Shown here: positions 43,747 through 60,171 of the stretch, in pieces
Layout: every line of letters starts with the position of its first letter
How positions within the stretch are numbered: the stretch's first letter is position 1
Assembly: GCF_033153115.1 (NCBI RefSeq)
Contig: NW_026889778.1
Span: 44,826,001 to 44,890,000, forward strand
Source: Saccostrea echinata
Lineage: Eukaryota
Reading direction: 5' to 3'
DNA: 64,000 nucleotides
Made by a program: the position numbers and the translations under genes
The notes under the pieces: model-generated
Told to the model about the DNA's origin: nothing
Database searches by the model: none
Seen by the model: the letters and a program-made list of their open reading frames with translations, nothing else

Positions 43747-45933
43747 AATTTTTTTGTCCTGTTTTCTACAACTGATGTGAACGACGTTATCGACGATAAG
43801 GAAATGAATGAAATCACCTCCGCCGATGGCCTTATTTGAGTGGCGGCGAGCGCGGACCTCCGTGAAAACTCCCCAATTGTCGACAGCGTAGAGGATTGAA
43901 CTCGTCCAACTTTGTGTTTCAATACCTGTAATTTTTCCGATATTGTCCTCCCAATTTTACTTAATTTTCTCAAATATGTCACTGTGCGTTTTCTTGAAAT
44001 ATTTTCCTACATAACTGTTTCCGTTTAAGGTTCTTAATCTGTCATTTTAAAGGAGGAATTGTCTGTTGATTCTGAAAATGCGCTGTTCCCTGGAGCCCAG
44101 AAGCGACTAATTTTGATTAAAACACGAAAACAAGAGGAATAGAACACGAGTAAGGGATTGAAGTACTTACTACATTGCTATGCGATAAAACATACATGTA
44201 CATTTCTTTCAATTGTCTTATATGTTACTTAAAATCCGAATGAAAATGCAAACATTCGGCACAAACACGCGCACAATGGATAGTGATGTGTGCCTTGCAT
44301 TTCATATGAAATGGAGAGAAAAAAAACAAAACAAAAACAAAACAACAACAAAAAAAACAAACAAACAAACAAACAAAAGGGTCATATGAAGAGAAATCAC
44401 GGAATCTCACAAATTGTTGAATGTTCAAATATATATCTAATATACTTTCTAGATCAGTGGATGTTCACCCCCTTAAAGGGACAACATATAATTTCTTTTC
44501 GAATATTTAAATACATGACACCTACTTTATAATTATAACACCGAGGACACCGGGAAGATCCAGACCGTACGTAACGTACCACATTCGGTGGTACAACGTC
44601 TGAATTTCTCAGTATAATTATATCATAAGAATATACATAACTGACATCCTTGTAAATTACATGAAAAAAAAAAAAAATCACATAAAAAGGGCGTGTATTT
44701 AATAATTGTAGAACACTCACTTAATTAGTAGTTATACATAAGAGAGAGACAGAGAGAGACGAACAAGGCGAATCATGGGAGTAGCTTATTCATTGATATT
44801 AATTTGTTTCTTGTAATTTACACACACAAATAATTGAGTACATGTAAATAAACAGAATGTGGTCAAAAGCCAATGTATTTAAAATCTATATCTTTCAAGT
44901 TGAACAAGACAACCAGTATATAATACAAGACAATACAATACATTGATACAAGCATCAAATTGGTTGCACACTTTCCACGTGCAGATCATGATTCCCTGCA
45001 TCTATATGTCACGTGACGATGCAGATGTGCTGCACGGCGCAGTGATGGACATCGCAATAAATGTAAAGTGTTAAAAAAAATGTCGTTTAGTCATTCGCAT
45101 CGGTAGTCTATTCGAAAGAAAATTTACTACCAGTGTTTAATTGTGTTAGTACTGTAAGTATCCGGAAACTGGCATCGAGTTGCTTTTATTCACTCTTATT
45201 ATGGGAAGCACACTTTTTTGAATAAGAACATTCAAGACATAATATAAACCACATCTTCTTATTCTTATGAGATTCTTATATTCATCACTTTTATCTATTT
45301 TATCAATTAGGAATTTTGTCTAAATAATCATCATATAAAACAATAGCGAGGGGGAAAAAAAAAAAGAAGAAGAAACATTAAGGATTTAACTGGAGTTACA
45401 GATCTTTTGAATATGTTAATAAAATAATGATCATATTTAAAAATATTTGTATTAAAGGAAAAAATTGAAAGTTAGATCGCCATGTTAGATGATTTCCGCA
45501 GTTTCTAGTCTTAATTGGTCAATGAAATGGGTTTTTTTTTTCTTTTCTTATCTCTTTGTTGAGTGAGCATTCAAGTAATAAGTGAGAATTCAACATTTGT
45601 ACGCAGGCCTATAAGGTTTGGATTCAACTGCCTATAACGAGAAAGAAAAAACGTACATATACGAATATACATGCGAGTCAATTTTTAAATTTATTGCTTT
45701 TGTTATTGACTTAATACATTTATTTATCATTAAATATATAACACTTTCTTTGATGTTTGATCTCTGTTCTGTGTTGAAAATTATTGAATTCGTGTGTTTC
45801 TATTATTTTCTAGCTATAATAATTGTTTACGTTTCAACTCGTTTGTAATGTAGGTATCTTTTCGAAAAGCTTATGTGGCCGTGAAAACGGCCGTTTGGTT
45901 TTGTGCTGCACACAACACAACTATAGGATCTTT

Positions 45934-46320
<387 letters not shown>

Positions 46321-46566
46321 TTATGTTCTTTCGTGTACAGTCAACGAATAATCCAGCGACGCCCGCACGCACCAATTTAAACAACCAAGCGGATCCAACG
46401 GTGCAGCCAATTAACGCGTCGCTCTGTTGTGCCTTTAGGTGAAATCCGAACAAGTAATGTTTTCTCGGAGGTCCGTAACAAGCTTCTCCTCCTACTCGCA
46501 TATAAATAGTAAATTTTACCATTTCACTTTATTCATCTCTTCAGTTTGACCTGTCAACTTGAGATC

Positions 46567-46938
46567 ATGCCACCCAAAGTCGGATCCAAAGGCGCCAAGA
46601 AAGCAGTCACCAAGGCCAAGACACCGAGGAGCACAGACAAGAAAAGGAGGAAGAGGAGGAGGGAATCTTATGCCATTTACATCTACAAAGTCCTAAAGCA
46701 GGTGCACCCTGACACTGGTGTTTCCAGCAAGGCCATGAGCATAATGAACTCCTTCGTCAACGATATCTTTGAGAGAATCGCTGCCGAAGCCTCTCGTTTG
46801 GCCCACTACAACAAGCGATCTACAATCACAAGCAGAGAGGTCCAGACTGCTGTCCGTCTCCTTCTGCCCGGTGAACTGGCCAAGCACGCCGTATCTGAGG
46901 GCACCAAAGCCGTCACCAAGTACACCAGCAGCAAATAA
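46567..46938 (+). CDS. H2B: Histone H2B
   Basis: Protein identical to unit 1. Confidence 0.99.
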   Translation: MPPKVGSKGAKKAVTKAKTPRSTDKKRRKRRRESYAIYIYKVLKQVHPDTGVSSKAMSIMNSFVNDIFERIAAEASRLAHYNKRSTITSREVQTAVRLLLPGELAKHAVSEGTKAVTKYTSSK

Positions 46939-48003
46939 TCTCATTTTGCAAGTACACACACCAAACGGCCCTTTTAAGGGCCAACTAATTTTTTAGAAAA
47001 GATACCTTCATATTACATGCGTTATTGAGACACAAATAATATGTACGAGTGTTACAATGTGAATGCATGTGCTCGTAAAAGTGGCAAACGTATAAAAATC
47101 CCACATTGTTTACAACTGATTATAATAACAGAAGTAGGATAAATAAAGAAATACAAGTAGGTATTATTATATGAATGAGAGCCAAATTTTATTCACAAAT
47201 AACTTGAATGTACAACCAAGCATATATCTGAAATAACTGTATCTTCAAATATAAATAAAATACAAGCATGCGAGGTCCATCTGATGTACACAAAATCCTG
47301 GTTCATTTGTCCTCTGTATACTGAATTAATTATCAGCGTACATTATATAATTGATAATAAAGTATCTCAATTCAGCTAATATCAATGAAACAGATAAATA
47401 AATTCAAGACCCCCCCCCCCTCCCCTTTCTTTGACATTGACATATTGGAATTTTCAATCAGTAATTATACATCAATAAAAGTGCAATGACCAAAATGCGA
47501 TAATTATACATTGACAATTAATTGTCTAACATTAGTCATAATTGTTAAACAAGAAAAAAAAGCATGTCACTCAGCGCCAGTTGGTACCTGTCATTGTCGG
47601 TAGATCGATCCCTCAAAATAATACTCAAGACAGCAGCATTATTATTTTAATATATGATTATAATAATAAAAAAAAATTAAATAATATATACTGTTTGTGT
47701 GTGTTTATTCAATATTTCTTGTCCAAACCTAAATTCAATACATATTTGTTGCTCTGTATATAGTTTTGAGGAAATATTACGACATAAAGGGTCTTACTCT
47801 GTTATTGTTGTGTATTTATTTTACCACTTACAACCATTCTGTATTCAACTTTGTACAGTGAATATCTGTATAACAAGTACTCAGTAAGTAAATGTCTGTC
47901 TTAACGATGTTTTAGAGGCATCTTTTCGAAAAATTTGGGTGGCCGTGATAACGGCCGTTTGTGTTTGTTTTAAACTTCTGTCTTGACTGTCAAACTGAAT
48001 TCT

Positions 48004-48325
<322 letters not shown>

Positions 48326-49532
48326 TCAGTCAGTAGTACTGTTCTGATGAACTGATCATGCGTAATTGCCTAATTTATAGTCCAAATTGAGGACCCGTGA
48401 GAGCGCACGATGCTTTGAAAAGTTCGGAACGTTACCAAAGCGGTATTGTGACAAGCTTTACGATTGGTCAGCTTGGCATGATGGGAATGTTTACATTTCT
48501 TGCCCCACAGGAATTTTAACCACATTTAATTAATTTTGATTCTTTAATTTCTTCACATATAGGCAAGTTTATGTTCAATTTATTCACCTAAACCAAAATA
48601 TTGGTACGTGGAGGTACATATATACATTTTATACAAACTGGTATACAAAACAACAACAAAAAAAAAAAAAAAAAAAAACATGACAGAAAATGAATAAAAA
48701 TGATAAAGAGAGAGAGGGGAATTATATCAAGCAGGACAGACAGCATCATAATTTTTTAGGATAAACATACACAATTTTTTGTTTTGTTGTTGTTATTTTT
48801 TTTATTTCAGTATTTTTTGCTTTGAGTTTAACAAAATAAATACCGTTGTTGCCGAATGATAATTAAAACGTGGGTGGGTGGGTGGGGATTAAGTTATTCA
48901 AAGGAAAGGGGTGTGACAGATAACACCGAAATAATACAAAATGTAGAAGCTGAATGAAACTTTTGATTCTCATTCATTTATGATATCTAGTTATAGATGT
49001 GATCATTTATTTGATTTCCTCTTTTCTCAGTTAATTTTCAAAGGCAACTTTAAGCAGTGACCAAACCGGCTTTATAAATGAGCCTTTTTCATTTTATTAC
49101 ACGCCACGTTAGAACGAATATCGTTATATTTGACGTTGTTTAGAAATCAATAAAAATCATACTTTGAATATAAATGAAATACGGAATTGCAGTTCTGAAA
49201 TGCATGTACTCGCATATGTGCATAGCTGTAGAACTAATGAGATAAAGTTGTAATACTGTTATTATTTTTTGCTTCGACACATTCCATCATATTCTATTTA
49301 AATAATTGTGCTATTTTCTAATTTATTTCGCAAAATTCTTGAATGTATTCTAGAGGGGCAGGTTGATGGACTTGTACAAAATATAGTTTCAAGATGTGTA
49401 GACAACTTCTACAACAAATTGATGATGACAATAGTACTATGAAATTGTCTAGCATTGTGCTCTTTCATAATTTATGTAATTATATATATGCAAGGCACAG
49501 ATATATTCACTGAAGGATGTATTGTGTCTCAA

Positions 49533-49564
<32 letters not shown>

Positions 49565-49735
49565 CCAATTTGGGGGCATTGTTCGCTGAATTTGATAAAA
49601 TTTATTAATTTCGGCCAAATAATTCAACATTATTTTCAGAGATGTTTCAACGTCTGAACAGAAGGCATCTTTTCGAAGAATGTAGGTGGCCGTGAAAACG
49701 GCCGTTTGCTTTAGGACTTGAAATACAGCTTAAAA

Positions 49736-50155
<420 letters not shown>

Positions 50156-50875
50156 TCAGATTATTCAAACTCGAATGAATGAAGTGGCAGTGTTGCGCCG
50201 TGAACTTATATATCTTTGTAAGCTCAAGTTGAAAATCGCTGCGGTCTACCAGTCGGCTTAGTCGATTGGCTGGTGCCCGCAGTAACACTCGCTACGATTA
50301 GTCAGGTGAACGAGATGACCATTGGCTACGTCTGTAGGTAGTTTCAATCCACAGAATTGCCCCAAAAGAAAAAGAAAATCAAGTCGGTTTTTGACACATG
50401 ATTTCACTGCAGATACATATAGTCAAATATTTTTTTTTTAAATATATATATGGTGAATAATGGGGATGAATGTAACGTCAATTGAATAGAAAATAGAATT
50501 ATTTATTATATATATATACATATATTTTCAATTCGTTATTGAAGCAAAATGCATTTTCGAAAAATATATATTATATATTTCTTGTCATTATTTCCTCCTA
50601 CCATTATCTGAACAAGCCCAGTAATATTACTAAGTATCATGATACTTGCAGATAATCAGAATGGTGCATATAGGATGAACAGGAATTACCCTGTTGCAAA
50701 AACAAGAACAAAACAAATAATACAAATAAATGAATAATTAATTAAATGAATGAATAATTAAATAAATGAATGAATGAATAAATGAAAAGAATAAATAAAT
50801 GAAACGAATAAGAATGTATGTATCTGTCTTTCAATAGGTACGCATGAACTTTTATTCCATTCGTTCCACATTTGA

Positions 50876-51052
50876 NNNNNNNNNNNNNNNNNNNNNNNNN
50901 NNNNNNNNNNNNNNNNNNNNNNNNNNNNNNNNNNNNNNNNNNNNNNNNNNNNNNNNNNNNNNNNNNNNNNNNNNNNNNNNNNNNNNNNNNNNNNNNNNNN
51001 NNNNNNNNNNNNNNNNNNNNNNNNNNNNNNNNNNNNNNNNNNNNNNNNNNNN
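50876..51052. other. Hard-masked block (177 N)
   Basis: N run with the same flanks. Confidence 0.95.
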
Positions 51053-51372
51053 TAATAATAATGGCCATATAGTTTGCGTAGGCGTTGTGATGTGGAAAAA
51101 GTAAAATTTTATTTACTTGAGGGAGGGTATGTAAACAAAATAAAAACTGACTTTTGTTTCTTCTTCTTCTCAGAAACAGCATGTTAATATTATCATGACT
51201 TTGTAATTTGCTTCCAGTCGAAGACAAATAAACTATGTGTAATAGGTAAGTGTACTTCTTGTTTATTCATTTTGTGTTTCCATTAGTACATGTATGTAAT
51301 AGAGGCATCTTTTCTAAAAATGTTGGTAGCCCTGAAAAGGGCTTTTGTAATTGGTTTAAGACAATTGGCAGC

Positions 51373-51960
51373 CTACGCCTTGGTGGCTTTCTTTGGGGTT
51401 TTTGACTTCTTGGCTGTGGCTTTCTTGGGCGCTTTGGTTTTCGTAGGCTTTGGAGCTGCCTTGGCTTTCTTGGGAGACTTAGTAGCTGCTTTCTTCTTGG
51501 GAGACTCGGCCTTCTTGGGTGCTGCAGGTTTCTTAACAGCCTTTTTCTTTTCTGTTGGCTTTTTCTCCCCGGTTGTCTTCTTGGGTTTGGTCGTTTTCTT
51601 GGGCTTGGCAGCCTTAGGTTTGGTGACTTTTTTGGTCTTGGGTTTCTTCTCCGTCTTGGGCTTCTCTCCCAGCTTGAAGGAACCACTGGCACCTGTACCC
51701 TTGGCCTGTTTGAGAACTCCCTTCTTGACTCCGTTCTTGAGGGCCATCTTCAGATGGGTGTTGACACTAGAGGCGTCATTACCGACTTTGTAGTTGCCCA
51801 TGATGTACTTGAGAATAGCTTGTCTCGAGGAACCTCCGCGCTCCTTCAGGGCAGCCACAGCAGCGCTGATCATCTCGATGTACTTGGGATGGGCGGGGAC
51901 CGTCTTGGGTTTGGAAACCTTCTTCTTGGCGGGGGATTTTGCTGGTGCGGCGTCTGCCAT
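51373..51960 (-). CDS. H1: Histone H1
   Basis: Protein identical to unit 1. Confidence 0.98.
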   Translation of the reverse strand: MADAAPAKSPAKKKVSKPKTVPAHPKYIEMISAAVAALKERGGSSRQAILKYIMGNYKVGNDASSVNTHLKMALKNGVKKGVLKQAKGTGASGSFKLGEKPKTEKKPKTKKVTKPKAAKPKKTTKPKKTTGEKKPTEKKKAVKKPAAPKKAESPKKKAATKSPKKAKAAPKPTKTKAPKKATAKKSKTPKKATKA

Positions 51961-54146
51961 AATTTTTTTGTCCTGTTTTCTACAACTGATGTGAACGACG
52001 TTATCGACGATAAGGAAATGAATGAAATCACCTCCGCCGATGGCCTTATTTGAGTGGCGGCGAGCGCGGACCTCCGTGAAAACTCCCCAATTGTCGACAG
52101 CGTAGAGGATTGAACTCGTCCAACTTTGTGTTTCAATACCTGTAATTTTTCCGATATTGTCCTCCCAATTTTACTTAATTTTCTCAAATATGTCACTGTG
52201 CGTTTTCTTGAAATATTTTCCTACATAACTGTTTCCGTTTAAGGTTCTTAATCTGTCATTTTAAAGGAGGAATTGTCTGTTGATTCTGAAAATGCGCTGT
52301 TCCCTGGAGCCCAGAAGCGACTAATTTTGATTAAAACACGAAAACAAGAGGAATAGAACACGAGTAAGGGATTGAAGTACTTACTACATTGCTATGCGAT
52401 AAAACATACATGTACATTTCTTTCAATTGTCTTATATGTTACTTAAAATCCGAATGAAAATGCAAACATTCGGCACAAACACGCGCACAATGGATAGTGA
52501 TGTGTGCCTTGCATTTCATATGAAATGGAGAGAAAAAAAACAAAACAAAAACAAAACAACAAAAAAAAAAACAAACAAACAAACAAACAAAAGGGTCATA
52601 TGAAGAGAAATCACGGAATCTCACAAATTGTTGAATGTTCAAATATATATCTAATATACTTTCTAGATCAGTGGATGTTCACCCCCTTAAAGGGACAACA
52701 TATAATTTCTTTTCGAATATTTAAATACATGACACCTACTTTATAATTATAACACCGAGGACACCGGGAAGATCCAGACCGTACGTAACGTACCACATTC
52801 GGTGGTACAACGTCTGAATTTCTCAGTATAATTATATCATAAGAATATACATAACTGACATCCTTGTAAATTACATGAAAAAAAAAAAAAATCACATAAA
52901 AAGGGCGTGTATTTAATAATTGTAGAACACTCACTTAATTAGTAGTTATACATAAGAGAGAGACAGAGAGAGACGAACAAGGCGAATCATGGGAGTAGCT
53001 TATTCATTGATATTAATTTGTTTCTTGTAATTTACACACACAAATAATTGAGTACATGTAAATAAACAGAATGTGGTCAAAAGCCAATGTATTTAAAATC
53101 TATATCTTTCAAGTTGAACAAGACAACCAGTATATAATACAAGACAATACAATACATTGATACAAGCATCAAATTGGTTGCACACTTTCCACGTGCAGAT
53201 CATGATTCCCTGCATCTATATGTCACGTGACGATGCAGATGTGCTGCACGGCGCAGTGATGGACATCGCAATAAATGTAAAGTGTTAAAAAAAATGTCGT
53301 TTAGTCATTCGCATCGGTAGTCTATTCGAAAGAAAATTTACTACCAGTGTTTAATTGTGTTAGTACTGTAAGTATCCGGAAACTGGCATCGAGTTGCTTT
53401 TATTCACTCTTATTATGGGAAGCACACTTTTTTGAATAAGAACATTCAAGACATAATATAAACCACATCTTCTTATTCTTATGAGATTCTTATATTCATC
53501 ACTTTTATCTATTTTATCAATTAGGAATTTTGTCTAAATAATCATCATATAAAACAATAGCGAGGGGGAAAAAAAAAAGAAGAAGAAACATTAAGGATTT
53601 AACTGGAGTTACAGATCTTTTGAATATGTTAATAAAATAATGATCATATTTAAAAATATTTGTATTAAAGGAAAAAATTGAAAGTTAGATCGCCATGTTA
53701 GATGATTTCCGCAGTTTCTAGTCTTAATTGGTCAATGAAATGGGTTTTTTTTTTCTTTTCTTATCTCTTTGTTGAGTGAGCATTCAAGTAATAAGTGAGA
53801 ATTCAACATTTGTACGCAGGCCTATAAGGTTTGGATTCAACTGCCTATAACGAGAAAGAAAAAACGTACATATACGAATATACATGCGAGTCAATTTTTA
53901 AATTTATTGCTTTTGTTATTGACTTAATACATTTATTTATCATTAAATATATAACACTTTCTTTGATGTTTGATCTCTGTTCTGTGTTGAAAATTATTGA
54001 ATTCGTGTGTTTCTATTATTTTCTAGCTATAATAATTGTTTACGTTTCAACTCGTTTGTAATGTAGGTATCTTTTCGAAAAGCTTATGTGGCCGTGAAAA
54101 CGGCCGTTTGGTTTTGTGCTGCACACAACACAACTATAGGATCTTT

Positions 54147-54533
<387 letters not shown>

Positions 54534-54779
54534 TTATGTTCTTTCGTGTACAGTCAACGAATAATCCAGCGACGCCCGCACGCACCAATTTAAACAACCA
54601 AGCGGATCCAACGGTGCAGCCAATTAACGCGTCGCTCTGTTGTGCCTTTAGGTGAAATCCGAACAAGTAATGTTTTCTCGGAGGTCCGTAACAAGCTTCT
54701 CCTCCTACTCGCATATAAATAGTAAATTTTACCATTTCACTTTATTCATCTCTTCAGTTTGACCTGTCAACTTGAGATC

Positions 54780-55151
54780 ATGCCACCCAAAGTCGGATCC
54801 AAAGGCGCCAAGAAAGCAGTCACCAAGGCCAAGACACCGAGGAGCACAGACAAGAAAAGGAGGAAGAGGAGGAGGGAATCTTATGCCATTTACATCTACA
54901 AAGTCCTAAAGCAGGTGCACCCTGACACTGGTGTTTCCAGCAAGGCCATGAGCATAATGAACTCCTTCGTCAACGATATCTTTGAGAGAATCGCTGCCGA
55001 AGCCTCTCGTTTGGCCCACTACAACAAGCGATCTACAATCACAAGCAGAGAGGTCCAGACTGCTGTCCGTCTCCTTCTGCCCGGTGAACTGGCCAAGCAC
55101 GCCGTATCTGAGGGCACCAAAGCCGTCACCAAGTACACCAGCAGCAAATAA
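54780..55151 (+). CDS. H2B: Histone H2B
   Basis: Protein identical to unit 1. Confidence 0.99.
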   Translation: MPPKVGSKGAKKAVTKAKTPRSTDKKRRKRRRESYAIYIYKVLKQVHPDTGVSSKAMSIMNSFVNDIFERIAAEASRLAHYNKRSTITSREVQTAVRLLLPGELAKHAVSEGTKAVTKYTSSK

Positions 55152-56216
55152 TCTCATTTTGCAAGTACACACACCAAACGGCCCTTTTAAGGGCCAACTA
55201 ATTTTTTAGAAAAGATACCTTCATATTACATGCGTTATTGAGACACAAATAATATGTACGAGTGTTACAATGTGAATGCATGTGCTCGTAAAAGTGGCAA
55301 ACGTATAAAAATCCCACATTGTTTACAACTGATTATAATAACAGAAGTAGGATAAATAAAGAAATACAAGTAGGTATTATTATATGAATGAGAGCCAAAT
55401 TTTATTCACAAATAACTTGAATGTACAACCAAGCATATATCTGAAATAACTGTATCTTCAAATATAAATAAAATACAAGCATGCGAGGTCCATCTGATGT
55501 ACACAAAATCCTGGTTCATTTGTCCTCATATACTGAATTAATTATCAGCGTACATTATATAATTGATAATAAAGTATCTCAATTCAGCTAATATCAATGA
55601 AACAGATAAATAAATTCAAGACCCCCCCCCCCCTCCCCTTTCTTTGACATTGACATATTGGAATTTTCAATCAGTAATTATACATCAATAAAAGTGCAAT
55701 GACCAAAATGCGATAATTATACATTGACAATTAATTGTCTAACATTAGTCATAATTGTTAAACAAGAAAAAAAAGCATGTCACTCAGCGCCAGTTGGTAC
55801 CTGTCATTGTCGGTAGATCGATCCCTCAAAATAATACTCAAGACAGCAGCATTATTATTTTAATATATGATTATAATAATAAAAAAAAATTAAATAATAT
55901 ATACTGTTTGTGTGTGTTTATTCAATATTTCTTGTCCAAACCTAAATTCAATACATATTTGTTGCTCTGTATATAGTTTTGAGGAAATATTACGACATAA
56001 AGGGTCTTACTCTGTTATTGTTGTGTATTTATTTTACCACTTACAACCATTCTGTATTCAACTTTGTACAGTGAATATCTGTATAACAAGTACTCAGTAA
56101 GTAAATGTCTGTCTTAACGATGTTTTAGAGGCATCTTTTCGAAAAATTTGGGTGGCCGTGATAACGGCCGTTTGTGTTTGTTTTAAACTTCTGTCTTGAC
56201 TGTCAAACTGAATTCT

Positions 56217-56537
<321 letters not shown>

Positions 56538-57742
56538 TCAGTCAGTAGTACTGTTCTGATGAACTGATCATGCGTAATTGCCTAATTTATAGTCCAAATT
56601 GAGGACCCGTGAGAGCGCACGATGCTTTGAAAAGTTCGGAACGTTACCAAAGCGGTATTGTGACAAGCTTTACGATTGGTCAGCTTGGCATGATGGGAAT
56701 GTTTACATTTCTTGCCCCACAGGAATTTTAACCACATTTAATTAATTTTGATTCTTTAATTTCTTCACATATAGGCAAGTTTATGTTCAATTTATTCACC
56801 TAAACCAAAATATTGGTACGTGGAGGTACATATATACATTTTATACAAACTGGTATACAAAACAACAACAAAAAAAAAAAAAAAAAAACATGACAGAAAA
56901 TGAATAAAAATGATAAAGAGAGAGAGGGGAATTATATCAAGCAGGACAGACAGCATCATAATTTTTTAGGATAAACATACACAATTTTTTGTTTTGTTGT
57001 TGTTATTTTTTTTATTTCAGTATTTTTTGCTTTGAGTTTAACAAAATAAATACCGTTGTTGCCGAATGATAATTAAAACGTGGGTGGGTGGGTGGGGATT
57101 AAGTTATTCAAAGGAAAGGGGTGTGACAGATAACACCGAAATAATACAAAATGTAGAAGCTGAATGAAACTTTTGATTCTCATTCATTTATGATATCTAG
57201 TTATAGATGTGATCATTTATTTGATTTCCTCTTTTCTCGGTTAATTTTCAAAGGCAACTTTAAGCAGTGACCAAACCGGCTTTATAAATGAGCCTTTTTC
57301 ATTTTATTACACGCCACGTTAGAACGAATATCGTTATATTTGACGTTGTTTAGAAATCAATAAAAATCATACTTTGAATATAAATGAAATACGGAATTGC
57401 AGTTCTGAAATGCATGTACTCGCATATGTGCATAGCTGTAGAACTAATGAGATAAAGTTGTAATACTGTTATTATTTTTTGCTTCGACACATTCCATCAT
57501 ATTCTATTTAAATAATTGTGCTATTTTCTAATTTATTTCGCAAAATTCTTGAATGTATTCTAGAGGGGCAGGTTGATGGACTTGTACAAAATATAGTTTC
57601 AAGATGTGTAGACAACTTCTACAACAAATTGATGATGACAATAGTACTATGAAATTGTCTAGCATTGTGCTCTTTCATAATTTATGTAATTATATATATG
57701 CAAGGCACAGATATATTCACTGAAGGATGTATTGTGTCTCAA

Positions 57743-57775
<33 letters not shown>

Positions 57776-57946
57776 CCAATTTGGGGGCATTGTTCGCTGA
57801 ATTTGATAAAATTTATTAATTTCGGCCAAATAATTCAACATTATTTTCAGAGATGTTTCAACGTCTGAACAGAAGGCATCTTTTCGAAGAATGTAGGTGG
57901 CCGTGAAAACGGCCGTTTGCTTTAGGACTTGAAATACAGCTTAAAA

Positions 57947-58366
<420 letters not shown>

Positions 58367-59086
58367 TCAGATTATTCAAACTCGAATGAATGAAGTGGCA
58401 GTGTTGCGCCGTGAACTTATATATCTTTGTAAGCTCAAGTTGAAAATCGCTGCGGTCTACCAGTCGGCTTAGTCGATTGGCTGGTGCCCGCAGTAACACT
58501 CGCTACGATTAGTCAGGTGAACGAGATGACCATTGGCTACGTCTGTAGGTAGTTTCAATCCACAGAATTGCCCCAAAAGAAAAAGAAAATCAAGTCGGTT
58601 TTTGACACATGATTTCACTGCAGATACATATAGTCAAATATTTTTTTTTTAAATATATATATGGTGAATAATGGGGATGAATGTAACGTCAATTGAATAG
58701 AAAATAGAATTATTTATTATATATATATACATATATTTTCAATTCGTTATTGAAGCAAAATGCATTTTCGAAAAATATATATTATATATTTCTTGTCATT
58801 ATTTCCTCCTACCATTATCTGAACAAGCCCAGTAATATTACTAAGTATCATGATACTTGCAGATAATCAGAATGGTGCATATAGGATGAACAGGAATTAC
58901 CCTGTTGCAAAAACAAGAACAAAACAAATAATACAAATAAATGAATAATTAATTAAATGAATGAATAATTAAATAAATGAATGAATGAATAAATGAAAAG
59001 AATAAATAAATGAAACGAATAAGAATGTATGTATCTGTCTTTCAATAGGTACGCATGAACTTTTATTCCATTCGTTCCACATTTGA

Positions 59087-59263
59087 NNNNNNNNNNNNNN
59101 NNNNNNNNNNNNNNNNNNNNNNNNNNNNNNNNNNNNNNNNNNNNNNNNNNNNNNNNNNNNNNNNNNNNNNNNNNNNNNNNNNNNNNNNNNNNNNNNNNNN
59201 NNNNNNNNNNNNNNNNNNNNNNNNNNNNNNNNNNNNNNNNNNNNNNNNNNNNNNNNNNNNNNN
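59087..59263. other. Hard-masked block (177 N)
   Basis: N run with the same flanks. Confidence 0.95.
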
Positions 59264-59583
59264 TAATAATAATGGCCATATAGTTTGCGTAGGCGTTGTG
59301 ATGTGGAAAAAGTAAAATTTTATTTACTTGAGGGAGGGTATGTAAACAAAATAAAAACTGACTTTTGTTTCTTCTTCTTCTCAGAAACAGCATGTTAATA
59401 TTATCATGACTTTGTAATTTGCTTCCAGTCGAAGACAAATAAACTATGTGTAATAGGTAAGTGTACTTCTTGTTTATTCATTTTGTGTTTCCATTAGTAC
59501 ATGTATGTAATAGAGGCATCTTTTCTAAAAATGTTGGTAGCCCTGAAAAGGGCTTTTGTAATTGGTTTAAGACAATTGGCAGC

Positions 59584-60171
59584 CTACGCCTTGGTGGCTT
59601 TCTTTGGGGTTTTTGACTTCTTGGCTGTGGCTTTCTTGGGCGCTTTGGTTTTCGTAGGCTTTGGAGCTGCCTTGGCTTTCTTGGGAGACTTAGTAGCTGC
59701 TTTCTTCTTGGGAGACTCGGCCTTCTTGGGTGCTGCAGGTTTCTTAACAGCCTTTTTCTTTTCTGTTGGCTTTTTCTCCCCGGTTGTCTTCTTGGGTTTG
59801 GTCGTTTTCTTGGGCTTGGCAGCCTTAGGTTTGGTGACTTTTTTGGTCTTGGGTTTCTTCTCCGTCTTGGGCTTCTCTCCCAGCTTGAAGGAACCACTGG
59901 CACCTGTACCCTTGGCCTGTTTGAGAACTCCCTTCTTGACTCCGTTCTTGAGGGCCATCTTCAGATGGGTGTTGACACTAGAGGCGTCATTACCGACTTT
60001 GTAGTTGCCCATGATGTACTTGAGAATAGCTTGTCTCGAGGAACCTCCGCGCTCCTTCAGGGCAGCCACAGCAGCGCTGATCATCTCGATGTACTTGGGA
60101 TGGGCGGGGACCGTCTTGGGTTTGGAAACCTTCTTCTTGGCGGGGGATTTTGCTGGTGCGGCGTCTGCCAT
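59584..60171 (-). CDS. H1: Histone H1
   Basis: Protein identical to unit 1. Confidence 0.98.
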   Translation of the reverse strand: MADAAPAKSPAKKKVSKPKTVPAHPKYIEMISAAVAALKERGGSSRQAILKYIMGNYKVGNDASSVNTHLKMALKNGVKKGVLKQAKGTGASGSFKLGEKPKTEKKPKTKKVTKPKAAKPKKTTKPKKTTGEKKPTEKKKAVKKPAAPKKAESPKKKAATKSPKKAKAAPKPTKTKAPKKATAKKSKTPKKATKA